Shown here one piece after another: positions 17,001 through 31,530 of a stretch of 38,171 nucleotides of DNA. The DNA is taken from assembly GCA_964016885.1 (NCBI GenBank), contig CAXHJY010000633.1, positions 1 through 38,171 of the forward strand. The letters are read 5' to 3'. The stretch is from Eledone cirrhosa. Taxonomy: Eukaryota. A program made the position numbers and the translations under genes. The stretch's first letter is position 1. The number at the start of each line of letters is the position of its first letter. The notes beneath the pieces are model-generated. The model saw nothing but the letters and a program-made list of their open reading frames with translations, had not been told where the DNA came from and did not search any database.

Positions 17001-17614
17001 GTCACCTTGCCAGGATGAAGGATTCTAGAATACCAAAACAACTCTTCTATGGAGAGTTGGTTAAAGGAAAACGACCGCCACATAAACCAAAAAAGAGGTA
17101 TAAGGATTCCTTGAAGGCCTCTCTGAAAGACGCTAACATCTCTGCTGATACATGGGAAAATATTGCTGCTGATCGTAATAAATGGAGAAAGACTGTATAT
17201 GAGGGAAAAGTTGCCTTTGAGGCATCTCGAATCGCACACGAGAAAGTAAAGCGGGACGTGAGGAAGGGTATTGCTGTTGCACTTCCAGACGGCGAGGGTC
17301 CTCCTATGTTTCTGACATGCAGCGTCTGTGCGAGACTCTGCCTAAGCAAAGCTGGACTCGAAAGTCATCTTCGCAGTCATAAAGTAAGACCAGTGGTTGA
17401 CTACCAGGCTGCTGTTGGAGATGCTACTCATCATGCTTGCCAAACATGTGGTAGAGAATGTAAATCAGCAGGAGGACTCAAGCGACATGCAAAAGTACAC
17501 GAACTCCAACCACAGCCGACTATTCCCAATAAATGTTTTGGTTGCCGACTCTGTGCAAGACATTTTAGATCATTGGCTGGGCTAAAAAGCCACATTCGAT
17601 CGCAGCACTGTTAG
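14068..17614 (+). pseudogene. RTE ORF2: APE endonuclease + reverse transcriptase + 3 C2H2 zinc fingers, frameshifted as given
   Basis: EN: GCWNVRTL, ALSETR, SVYAPT, GDFNARVG, LDYVLV, TDHRLV. RT: PESQSGFR, FVDLTKAFDTV, GVKQG, LLYADD, FVYLGS. Fingers: CSVC..H...H, CQTC..H...H, CRLC..H....H. About seven 1-bp indels between 15844 and 16810, with long open stretches between them. Confidence 0.95.
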
Positions 17615-17622
17615 TTGCTATC

Positions 17623-17662
<40 letters not shown>

Positions 17663-17741
17663 GCTTATGTGCGTGCGTGTGTGTGTATATATATATGAAT
17701 ATGTATATTATTATTGTTGTTGTCGTTATTATTATTATTGC

Positions 17742-17772
<31 letters not shown>

Positions 17773-17894
17773 GTTATTAATGTATGTGTGTATATATGTG
17801 TGAGTGTATGTGTATGTATGTGTGTGTGTATATATGTATGTATGTGTATGTATGTGTGTGTGTATATATATGTGTATATATATATGTATGTATA

Positions 17895-17929
<35 letters not shown>

Positions 17930-17966
17930 CTTTTCCCTTTTTTTTTTTTTTTTTTTTTTTATTTAT

Positions 17967-18005
<39 letters not shown>

Positions 18006-18100
18006 TTATTATTTTTTTATTTATTTATTTATTTAATTTTTTTTTTTTTTTTTTTTTTTATTGTGCAATGGCCATACTCGATAACGAGGGGGCAGCCATC

Positions 18101-18245
18101 ATGTATATATATATGTATGTATATATGTATGTATGTATATATATATGTATGTATATATGTATGTATGTATATATATATGTATGTATATATGTATGTATAT
18201 ATATATATATGTATGTATATATATATATGTATGTATGTATGTATG

Positions 18246-18310
<65 letters not shown>

Positions 18311-18333
18311 ATATATGTATGTATGTATGTATG

Positions 18334-18366
<33 letters not shown>

Positions 18367-18397
18367 ATATATATGTATGTATGTATATGTATGTATG

Positions 18398-18428
<31 letters not shown>

Positions 18429-18863
18429 GTATATATATATATGTATGTATATATATATATATGTATGTATATATATATATATATGTATGTATGTATATAT
18501 ATATATATGTATGTATATATATATATATGTATGTATATATATATATATGTATGTATATATATATATATGTATGTATATATATATATATATGTATGTATAT
18601 ATATATATATATGTATGTATATATATATATATGTATGTATATATATATATATATATGTATGTATATATGTATGTATATATATATGTATGTATGTATATAT
18701 ATATGTATGTATGTATATATATATATATGTATGTATGTATATATATATATATGTATGTATATATATATATATATATGTATGTATATATATATATATGTAT
18801 GTATGTATATATATATGTATATATATATGTATGTATATATATATATATGTATGTATATATATG

Positions 18864-18910
<47 letters not shown>

Positions 18911-18912
18911 GT

Positions 18913-18953
<41 letters not shown>

Positions 18954-18957
18954 TATG

Positions 18958-19042
<85 letters not shown>

Positions 19043-19058
19043 GTATATATATATATGT

Positions 19059-19113
<55 letters not shown>

Positions 19114-19118
19114 TATGT

Positions 19119-19159
<41 letters not shown>

Positions 19160-19641
19160 TATGTATGTATATATATATATGTATATATATATATGTATAT
19201 ATATATATGTATGTATATATATATATGTATATATATGTATGTATATATATATATGTATGTATATGTATGTATATATATATATGTATGTATATATATATAT
19301 ATATGTATGTATATATATATATATGTATGTATATATATATATATGTATGTATATATATGTATATGTATGTATGTATATATATATATATGTATGTATATAT
19401 ATATATGTATGTATATATATATATATGTATGTATATATATATATATATGTATGTATATATATATATATATGTATGTATATATATATATATATGTATGTAT
19501 ATATATATATGTATGTATGTATATATATATATATATGTATGTATATATATATATGTATGTATATATATATATATATGTATGTATATATATATATGTATGT
19601 ATGTATATATATATATATGTATGTATATATATATATATATG

Positions 19642-19691
<50 letters not shown>

Positions 19692-19699
19692 TATGTATG

Positions 19700-19730
<31 letters not shown>

Positions 19731-20020
19731 ATATATATATATGTATGTATATATATATATATGTATGTATATATATATATATGTATGTATATATATATAT
19801 ATATATGTATGTATATATATATATATGTATGTATATATATATATATATATATGTATGTATATATATATATATATGTATGTATATATATATATGTATGTAT
19901 GTATATATATATATGTATGTATATATATATATATATATATGTATGTATATATATATATATAATGTATGTATATATATATATATATATATGTATGTATATA
20001 TATATATATATATATGTATG

Positions 20021-20051
<31 letters not shown>

Positions 20052-20128
20052 ATATATATATATGTATGTATATATATATATGTATGTATATATATATATA
20101 TCGTATGTATATATATATATGTATGTAT

Positions 20129-20162
<34 letters not shown>

Positions 20163-20225
20163 GTATATATATATGTATGTATGTATATATATATGTATGT
20201 ATGTATATATATATGTATGTATGTA

Positions 20226-20258
<33 letters not shown>

Positions 20259-20359
20259 ATATATATGTATGTATATATGTATGTATGTATATATATATGT
20301 ATGTATATATATATGTATGTATATATATATGTATGTATATATATATATATGTATGTATA

Positions 20360-20425
<66 letters not shown>

Positions 20426-20469
20426 TGTATGTATGTATGTATGTATATATATGTATGTATGTATGTATG

Positions 20470-20505
<36 letters not shown>

Positions 20506-20537
20506 TATATATATGTATGTATGTATATGTATGTATG

Positions 20538-20568
<31 letters not shown>

Positions 20569-20836
20569 GTATATATATATATATATATGTATGTATATAT
20601 ATATATATGTATGTATATATATATATATATGTATGTATGTATATATATATATATGTATGTATATATATATATATATATGTATGTATATATATATATATGT
20701 ATGTATATATATATATATGTATGTATATATATATATATATGTATGTATATATATATATATATGTATGTATGTATATATATATATGTATGTATATATATAT
20801 ATATATGTATGTATGTATATATATATATGTATGTAT

Positions 20837-20869
<33 letters not shown>

Positions 20870-21038
20870 ATATATATATGTATGTATGTATATATATATA
20901 TGTATGTATATATATATATGTATGTATGTATGTATATATATATATGTATGTATATATATATATGTATGTATATATATATATATATATGTATGTATATATA
21001 TATATATATATGTATGTATATATATATATATATGTATG

Positions 21039-21069
<31 letters not shown>

Positions 21070-21395
21070 ATATATATATATGTATGTATGTATATATATA
21101 TATGTATATATATATATGTATGTATGTATATATATATATGTATGTATATATATATATGTATGTATATATATATATGTGTATGTATATATATATATGTATG
21201 TATGTATGTATATGTATATATATATATATGTATATATATGTATATATATATATATGTATATATATGTATATATATATATATGTATATATATGTATATATA
21301 TATATATGTATATATATGTATATATATAATATGTATATATATGTATATATGTATATATATGTGTATATATATATATATGTATATATATATATGTG

Positions 21396-21426
<31 letters not shown>

Positions 21427-22984
21427 GTGTATATATATATATATGTATATATATATATGTGTATATATATATGTGTATATATATATATATGTATATATAT
21501 ATATGTGTTTATATATATATATATGTATATATATATATGTGTTATATATATATATATGTATATATATGTATGTATATATATGTATATATATGTATGTATA
21601 TATATATTTATGTATATATATATGTATATACACATATATGTATGTATATATATATGTATATACACATATATGTATGTATGTATATATGTATGTATTTATA
21701 TATGTATATATATATATATGTGTATTTATATATGTATATATATATGTGTATTTATATATGTATATATATATGTGTATTTATATATGTGTATATATATATG
21801 TGTATATGTATGTGTGTATATATATGTGTATATATATATGTGTATATGTATGTGTGTATATATATGTGTATATATATATGTGTATATATATGTGTATATA
21901 TATGTGTGTATATATATGTATATATATGTGTGTGTATATATATATGTGTATATATATGTGTATATATATATGTGTATATATATATGTGTATATATATGTA
22001 TATATATATGTGTATATATATGTGTATATATATATATGTGTATATATATATATGTATATATATATGTGTATATATATGTGTATATATGTGTATATATATA
22101 TGTGTATATATATATATGTGTGTATATATATGTGTATATATATGTGTATATATATATGTGTATATATATGTGTATATATATATGTGTATATATATATGTG
22201 TATATATATATGTATATATATATGTATATATATATGTATATATATATATGTATATATATATATGTATATATATATATGTATATATATATGTGTATATATA
22301 TGTGTATATATATATGTATATATATGTGTATATATGTGTATATATATATGTATATATATATATGTGTATATATATATGTATAGATATATATGTGTATATA
22401 TATATGTGTATATATATATGTATATATACGTATGTGTATATATACGTATGTGTATATATATATGTATATATATATATGTGTATATATATGTGTATATATA
22501 TATGTATATATATATATGTATATATATATATGTATGTATATATATGTGTATATATATATGTATGTATATATGTATGTATGTATATATATATGTATGTATA
22601 TATATATATGTATGTATGTATATATATATGTATGTATATATACATATATATGTATGTATGTATATAGATGTATGTATGTATATAGATGTATGTATGTATA
22701 TAGATGTATGTATGTATATAGATGTATGTATGTATATAGATGTATGTATGTATATAGATGTATGTATGTATATAGATGTATGTATGTATATAGATGTATG
22801 TATGTATATAGATGTATGTATGTATATAGATGTATGTATGTATATAGATGTATGTATGTATATAGATGTATGTATGTATATATATATGTATATATATATG
22901 TATATATATATGTATATATGTATGTATGTATATGTATATATATATGTATATATGTACGTATATATGTATATATATATGTATATA
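18101..22984. repeat. Giant (TA)n/(TATG)n/(TATGTG)n array following the LINE 3' end
   Basis: About 4.9 kb; composition changes in blocks; 18-mer x12 at 22661-22876. Confidence 0.97.
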
Positions 22985-23495
22985 TGAGAAATGAAAATTC
23001 GTTTTCATTTTGTTTCAATTTATCGTTTTCGGTATGCCTGACCGATTTAACTCACTCAATATGCAAATTAGGCTGCTCAGCCGTTAATTTTCATAAGGAA
23101 AGTATATACTTTCGAACGTTCAACTATCTGGCAGATGGGTAAACGGTGCTGATGATAGCTAACAAGCTTGAAACTAGTACATCGTTCCTGTGTCAGTGTT
23201 GAACAAAAAGGTGACGTGGTTGCCTTAACACCGTATGGCATAAATTCAGGCTGTTCAGTTTGTTTACAAACGAATAAAGCGACGTTATAATAAGCGCCGC
23301 TAAACTGATACGTGCATATATGTATGTGTACCTGTATGCATATGTATGTATATATGTATATATATATATATATGTGCATGCTACTGTACGTCTGTATACA
23401 TATATGTATGTACGTAGACATGCATACTTACATTTAAGCAAGTGCCATACTAAGAGTGAGAAATGAAATTTCGTTTTCATTTTGTTTCAATTTAT
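22985..23495 (+). mobile_element. Non-coding hammerhead-bearing element (Penelope pLTR-like or retrozyme-like) bounded by 39-bp direct repeats
   Basis: Repeat tgagaaatgaaa(a/t)ttcgttttcattttgtttcaatttat at 22985-23023 and 23457-23495. Hammerhead at 23142-23186, TATATA at about 23103, AATAAA at 23273. No recognisable ORF. Confidence 0.6.
23142..23186 (+). ncRNA. Minimal type I hammerhead ribozyme
   Basis: Stem I aacggtg/catcgtt (7 bp, one G-U). Core CTGATGA 23149-23155. Stem II agct-aaca-agct with a U-U closing mismatch. GAAA 23170-23173. Palindromic stem III ACTAGT. Cleavage triplet GUA, after 23179. Confidence 0.8.
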
Positions 23496-24850
<1,355 letters not shown>

Positions 24851-25938
24851 TCATCATCATCATCAACGTTTAACGTCCGTGTTCTACGCTTGCATGGGTT
24901 TGGACGGGGGTAGTCCCACTTGAGGCAAGAGTGATTGTCTTGCTCGCATAGGACTGTCTGGCAGGTTTTCTACAGTTGGATGCCCTTCCTAACACCAACC
25001 ACATTTACAGTGTGGGTCTGGGAGGTTTTTACCGTGTTGCCTACACGGCCACATTACAGCGTGGACTGTGTGTTTTTTTGTCGTGACACCTACACGATCT
25101 CATTTGTTTCGGCCTGGATGGCGCGGCACCAACATAACTTTACATAGAACGGGGTGGTGTGGATGGGGTGGGGGTGGTGGCGGGACGGGGTGTAGTTTGT
25201 TAGAGATGCCTACTGGCAAGGCGGGTCTTCTCTGTTACTGAGTACCGCCAAAGGTCACGGTCCAGTGACATTGTCTTGGAGAGGTGTAAGTGTGTGAGGT
25301 CGGAGTTTATCAGCTCATCCCATGTTTTTCTAGGTCTGCCTATTCCGTGGCTACCGTCTATCTTTATTGCCCTGCACTTTGTAATACAGCTATCGACTTT
25401 CATGCGCATCACGTGTCCATACCAACGCAGCCTTCTCTCGAGTAAACAACATCTGATCCCTCTTATCTCTAATTTTTTCCTTAGTTCGTTTATGCTTTGC
25501 CGTTCACGTATATTACTGTTACACATCCAGCGGAGCATGCAAGCTTCGTTCCTCTCTAGTCTGCGTATATCCTCTGCAGACAATGCCCAGGTCTCACTAC
25601 CATGCAACATTGCTGTTCGTATGCAGGCATCGTACAACCTGCCTTTCATTTTTAGGGAGAACCCTTTAGCAGCTAATAGTGGTATAAGCTCTCTGAACTT
25701 TTTCCAACCAGTTCTGACTCTAGCTACAGTACTTTCAGAGCACCCTCCCCCACTGCTGATTTTATCGCCCAGGTAACGGAAGCTGTCCACTATTTCTATA
25801 GAACCCTCTGCGCAATTGAAAGAGCTAGTATTTTGTGGGCACTTGCTGGTACTTATTGCACCAGAACACCGGCCACATGTAAAGTCTATGTTCTTAGTTA
25901 GCTTACCTGTGATCCCACTACATCTTTTATGCACCCAT
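24851..25938 (-). mobile_element. 5'-truncated RTE family B variant with extended 3' UTR and (GAT)n tail
   Basis: Open frame 25938-25200: WVHKRC...CGRC...[11 protein letters not shown]...HGSETW...[12 protein letters not shown]...GRPRKTW...EKTR. Followed by ~350 bp containing ggttggtgttaggaagggcatcc and the tail ccgtccaaacccatgcaagc..cggacgttaaacgt(tga)n. Confidence 0.92.
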
Positions 25939-27015
<1,077 letters not shown>

Positions 27016-27106
27016 ACTTGAATTTGTCACTCAACTCACTTCTTGCTTTCACTTTACTGACAACTCCTGTACATAGTTTGCACTGCTTTAACAATCAATT
27101 CTTCTA

Positions 27107-27154
<48 letters not shown>

Positions 27155-27177
27155 AGGTGTATGCTAAGCAGCCATGC

Positions 27178-27345
27178 TTAGTTGTCTTTTTGTACATAGG
27201 GTGAAACCTTTTGTTGTCAACAGTAGGATTAGCTCTCTAAACTTCTTCTGCCCTATCCTTATTCTAGCTATTATGCTCTGGGAGCACTCTCCTCTGCTGC
27301 TGAGGTCACTTAAAGAGCAGAAGCTATTAACCACTTTTTTGGATC
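27178..27345 (-). mobile_element. Degenerate RTE family B fragment
   Basis: Reverse translation VVNSFCSL..SRGECSQSIIARIRIGQKKFRELILLLTTKGFTLCTK matches the family B post-RT region. Confidence 0.8.
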
Positions 27346-27796
27346 TTTTATGTGATTGGAAAAGGTTTATATATATATATGTATGTGTATATATAAGCTT
27401 TATGCTAAGCAGCTGAAGTATATGATAAAGCTATTTATATAACTATATACTATATATACTCAAGACTACATTGTTTACATGTGACCTTGTAGAACACATA
27501 CATGCACACTTCTACATTGTTGATGAGACAGTTAGGAAGTGTGCACATATTGTATGCAGGCCAGTGTCTATAGAGTAATCCTCTCAATGAAGGTCCAGTG
27601 TGGGCTAGTAGGTCAGTGTCTGTAGCGTAGTCATCGTAATGAAGGTCCCTTGTATGCTAGCTCTATAAATTTGTTACATGTAAAATATTAACAATACATA
27701 TGAAGGACATACATTTTTTTAAACAATACATATGAAGGATATACATTTTTTAAAAGTAGCTGCTTGACTGTATTTATAAACTAACTGTATTTGTAG

Positions 27797-27872
27797 GAAC
27801 TTAAATCTGACAGTGATGACTTTGTAATTGCATCCACAAACAGAGATGGAATTTGTGATGATTCTTCGTGGG
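27797..27872 (+). CDS. SMCHD1: SMCHD1 exon (UBL domain)
   Basis: tag|ELKSDSDDFVIASTNRDGICDDSSW g|gtaagt; resembles FVITTTSRKEI; phase 1 joins the next exon. Confidence 0.8.
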
Positions 27873-28344
27873 GTAAGTAAATATAATTGCATCATGTTTT
27901 GTTGTCACTTAATGTGTATAAACACGTGAAATTTCCTTTTCATGATGAAATAGATATTTCTCTTTCATATTGAACGACTTTCTACGTACTTATTGTAATT
28001 CCCTTCAAATATACAACACTTTTCTGCTCTCCCTTCATTCATTCAGTTCAAATTTTTTTTTTCCCTAAACTTTTATGCCCAGTCTTTAGTTTATAGCAGG
28101 TTAAGGAGTTCACTTCACATGTGTGTAGACGTGACTATGTTAAGGAGGTCATTTCGCAACATATCTGTAGATATGACTGTCTTGTTAAGGACTTCACTTT
28201 CAGTCAATGTCATAGTCAGATCGCTCTGTTTCATTTTATTGCAAACATCTTTAAAATACCATTTATTTTCAATTATTTTATTTCATAATGGAATGACTTT
28301 CTACAGTAAATCGCTTCAAATATATGAGACATTCAGTCAATGTT

Positions 28345-28790
28345 GTTGTCAGACAATTCATAACGCCAACTTCTGGAAACCAATAAGACCAGGTAGACAC
28401 ATAAATCAAATCAACTTTATTCTCACCAGAAAAATGAGAGAGACTGATGATAGCAAACACCAAGTCTTTCCTGGCATAGATTGGTGATTAACAACTTGAG
28501 AGTAAGAGCAAGATGCATGGACAAACCTAAGACAGTCTTAGATTTAGAGATATTCTAACTGAAACTCTTAACAAGTTAACGTTCTATAATGTAGAGGAAA
28601 AATGGAAATTCCTTCAAGACAACCTTTTGAAAGTCACAGATGAAGTCTTGGGTTAGGGCAAGGTACCAAGAAGACAAAAGGTGACCTGGTGGTGGAACAG
28701 TATAGTAGACAGGGCTATAAAACCTAAGAAACAGGTTTGTAAAGACTGGAGGGCAGGGTACCAAGGAACTATTTCAAGTAGTCAGAAAGG
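28345..28790 (+). mobile_element. Old RTE fragment (end of endonuclease and EN-RT linker)
   Basis: Translates NANFWK..NQINFILTR..FPG..HRLVI and WKFLQDNLLKVTDEVLG..KVTWWWNSIVDRAIKPKK, with stops and indels. Confidence 0.75.
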
Positions 28791-29049
28791 AAGGTTATGT
28801 CTAACCCAAGAGGCATGACAAGGGTTTAAAATTCTTACTGTATGGTCAGTTACCCAGCTTTATTTTTCATTGCTTAGACACGAGATGAAATGCAACACTA
28901 AAGTCATTTTTCATCCAGTAATATTAAACCAGTTTAAAACTATAAATATATTGCTTGGAGTCAATTTGTATTTGGTTAATAAATAATTCATATTTTTCTT
29001 TATATGTTAAATAATGTTCTAATTTGTGCCATTGTTTGTCACCTTGCAG

Positions 29050-29208
29050 ATAGCGTTGAGAAAGGGGACACACTTTATATACTCAACACTCTTATGCAAG
29101 AGTTGTGTGCCCCTGCTCAGCAAAGGGTCAACTTCCTGCCACACTATGACACAATTGTTAAAGGTGGCATGTATGAATATTATGCTTCAGAAGGCCAGAA
29201 TCCTTTAC
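29050..29208 (+). CDS. SMCHD1: SMCHD1 exon
   Basis: cag|..[37 protein letters not shown] c|gtaagt. Confidence 0.95.
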
Positions 29209-29364
29209 GTAAGTAATAGATGTTACTAAGTTTGTTTTTTATAACAGTTGCTCAACACTAATATATGAATTGATGAAATATAATTAACACATAGGTCAGT
29301 GAGATGCAAACTCCTCGGCCAGTCTGGGAGGTCAGTAGTCCTTCTTCAGTACTGACTTGGTCTA

Positions 29365-29405
29365 TGTAGACCCGTCCAACCCTTGCTACCAGGAAAAGAG
29401 ACATA
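29365..29405 (+). mobile_element. Isolated RTE family B-type 3' tail
   Basis: agacccgtccaacccttgctaccaggaaaagagac resembles 7921-7960. Confidence 0.6.
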
Positions 29406-29477
29406 TTTGTCATTGAATTAAATGGTTTATAATGTAATTTGTGCTTTAAGTAATTTGCCAAATAAGGCAAAGACACA

Positions 29478-29751
29478 GGCGCATGGTCTAGTGTTAAGGG
29501 TGTTGGACTTACGATCAAATGATTCCTAGACTGAGTTTATGTGTTTTGTTCTTGTGCAAAACATTTCATTTTTTTGTTGCTCCAGTATACTTAGCTGAAA
29601 ATGAGTACCAGCAGTAGCTGGGGGTTTAACACTGATAGACGTCCTGTCCAGAGTCGGGTGTCTCGTACTCTCAGTCACTTAATGCCACAGAAACTGGCTT
29701 AAGCACCAGCCTGATGAGCTGCCGGGCTTGAGACAAACTTTAGATTTTAGT
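29478..29751 (+). mobile_element. tRNA-derived SINE (CORE-like body, ctgatgag-type tail) with 9-bp TSD
   Basis: A-box-like tggtctagtg, body ttcttgtgcaaaacatt and ttgctccagtatacttagctg, homologous to 37841-38105. AAAGACACA at 29469-29477 and 29752-29760. Confidence 0.85.
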
Positions 29752-29800
29752 AAAGACACAATACTCAAATGCTTTATGCATTTGAGTATTGTGTCTTTAC
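29750..29800. repeat. Perfect 23-bp inverted repeat with 5-nt loop
   Basis: gtaaagacacaatactcaaatgc-tttat-gcatttgagtattgtgtctttac. Confidence 0.95.
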
Positions 29801-30026
29801 AAAAGGTCACAAAAAGCCTTTTATTTTATTTATTTGAATAACTTTTTTTGGGGGAAATTTTACTTTATTTTCTGTTTCAAGTATATTAGTTAAAAGGTTT
29901 TTCATTTGAATGTCTGACCACTTGAGCTAATTATATAAGATAGCTTCTGTTTTAGTATTAGGTGAATAATGAATCTTTTTTCTGCACATATATGTACAAT
30001 AATACCTTCTAGTTTTTATTTATTAG

Positions 30027-30109
30027 CTTATGCATTTGCCGAGCTGATAGACAATGCCTTAACAGCAACAGCTAATAATAATGGAGACCGTAACATTGAA
30101 ATCAGGCTG
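30027..30109 (+). CDS. SMCHD1: SMCHD1 exon (GHKL motif I, ELIDN)
   Basis: tag|..YAFAELIDNALTATANNNGDRNIEIRL|gtgagt. Confidence 0.95.
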
Positions 30110-30240
30110 GTGAGTATTGTAAAACATTATTTTCAGTTCATCACTTCTAATGAATTCATTAAACTTTATAAAAAAAATTTGATGTCAATTTTTAAATTAA
30201 ATGTATTTCAAATGTTTTTTAATTTTGTCTCTTTGAACAG

Positions 30241-30371
30241 CATTTTGATGAAGGGAATCCAAATCGAAACTGTATTTTTGTCCTTGATAATGGTAAAGGT
30301 ATGACCCCTCGGCAGCTTAACAACTGGGCTATATACAGACTTTCAAAATTTATCAGGAAAGATAAGCGGCG
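30241..30371 (+). CDS. SMCHD1: SMCHD1 exon (GHKL motif II, DxGxG)
   Basis: cag|[43 protein letters not shown] cg|gtgagt. Confidence 0.95.
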
Positions 30372-30959
30372 GTGAGTCAATTGATCTTAGAGAAATGCTT
30401 AAAAGTTGGTTTATAACTTCAAAACTGTATTTTATTTCAGTATTTCTCTTTTTTTTAAATTTTTTTTTTATTCAGCAGATCTTGGACTATTCAATCAGAA
30501 CTGAAATATGTGTGTGTTACATTATTTTTAAATAGTCAAAAGACCAATTGTTTTGTCTTGTGTCCATTTGTTACTGCCCCGTGTGCACTAGAGCCAGTTG
30601 TACTGATACACCGAATCAACATATCTCCAGCAATCGACTGATGAGTGGATACTGTCTGTGTTTCGTTTGTTTTTCTGTTGTTTTGTCCATATATTCATCA
30701 TCATCATCGTTTAATGTCTATCTTCGACGCTAGCATATATATATATATGGTGTTAAGAAGGGCATCCAAGTAGTTTATCTGGTAACATGCCTTTTGGTTG
30801 TCTGTATTTCAGTTGTGATTCTATCAGTATGGGGCAATGGTTGAGGTGACTGAGAACAAATGTCTTCTAGAGAACAATCATTACTTCTTTTGCTCATGTT
30901 TTAAATGTTCTCAGAATCCATCAATCTTCTGTGCAATTTTGCTAATTTCTTGGAAACTT

Positions 30960-31400
30960 CTCATGGAACAATGCATCATTACTATTCAATTCTCAGAAGC
31001 CATGCACTTTTTGAGTCAAATATTACAATTTCTTCCAGCATTGAATTACATGTTTTCTTCAATATATTTGAATAAGGGTAGCTGAGCTTTTGATACCTTA
31101 GTATCATTGACATGTCTTGTGACAGTGGATATACTGACAACTGATAAGTCTGATAGAACCATTACAAACAACAACAATAACTTTAAGACAGTTCCCTATG
31201 CTATCCTGTTTTGGTTATTTGACCATTCAGTGAAGGGGCTGTTGGCTGCAACAGTAACTTCTGCCTTTTAGGAAGTCATATAGCCTCACTTCCCACTTTA
31301 TTAAAGTAGTGAGATTTTGTGGCATATTATGCTTTATTAATTTTGTCAGTAGACTTTACAAAGTTCAGGTATACCACATCTACATTTGTTTGGTTGAGTA
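30960..31400 (-). mobile_element. Highly degenerate CR1-type RT fragment
   Basis: The reverse strand near 31385-31320 reads VDVVYLNFVKSTDKIN then IICHK (cf. YLDFxKAFDKVDH). Boundaries approximate. Confidence 0.55.
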
Positions 31401-31430
31401 GCTGTTTTAGCATCTAATCATAATGCATAA

Positions 31431-31530
31431 GGTGGCGAATTGGCAGTCGTGAGAACGTTGGATAGAATGCTTCATAGTATTCATTCCATGTCTCTGAGTT
31501 CAAATCCTGCCATGGTCAACTTTGCCTTTA
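31431..31530 (+). mobile_element. Second SINE family, 5' part (octopus-type)
   Basis: ggtggcgaattggcag...ctgagttcaaatcctgccatggtcaactttgccttt with a B box. Matches my recollection of an abundant Octopus SINE; related piece at 33481-33549. Confidence 0.7.

Larger units (their letters stand above)
13681..18100 (+). mobile_element. Near-full-length RTE LINE (family A)
   Basis: 5' UTR with uORF, ORF2 14068-17614, 3' UTR built of (TG)n, (TAT)n and poly-T, terminal hairpin ctcg-ataa-cgag. The true 5' end may extend to about 13570. Confidence 0.96.

Noticed and set aside
7376-17349. Antisense ORFs over the LINEs (e.g. 7384-7827, 16643-17239, 17047-17349)
   Set aside because: Shadow frames of ORF2 with no recognisable motifs.
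16763-17614. Stand-alone host C2H2 zinc-finger gene
   Set aside because: Contiguous with RTE RT motifs (YACETW, RLRWSGH) and duplicated with the element 3' end.
23040-23310. SMCHD1 promoter based on octamer, CRE-like and TATA-like motifs
   Set aside because: Short motifs occur by chance, and the region is better explained as a hammerhead-bearing mobile element. There is no TSS evidence, though it is not excluded.
28443-28460. CTGATGATAGC resembling the hammerhead at 23149
   Set aside because: No stem II or GAAA; lies inside a decayed RTE endonuclease fragment.
29690-29740. CTGATGAG with nearby GAAAC (also 38049-38095) as a hammerhead
   Set aside because: GAAAC lies upstream with no room for stem I and no cleavage triplet, and there is no GAAA after the putative stem II. 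It is a SINE 3' region.
30476-30512. Possible SMCHD1 microexon after a polypyrimidine tract
   Set aside because: The donor is weak (GTGTGT run), and the flanking exons already join in phase with good homology.
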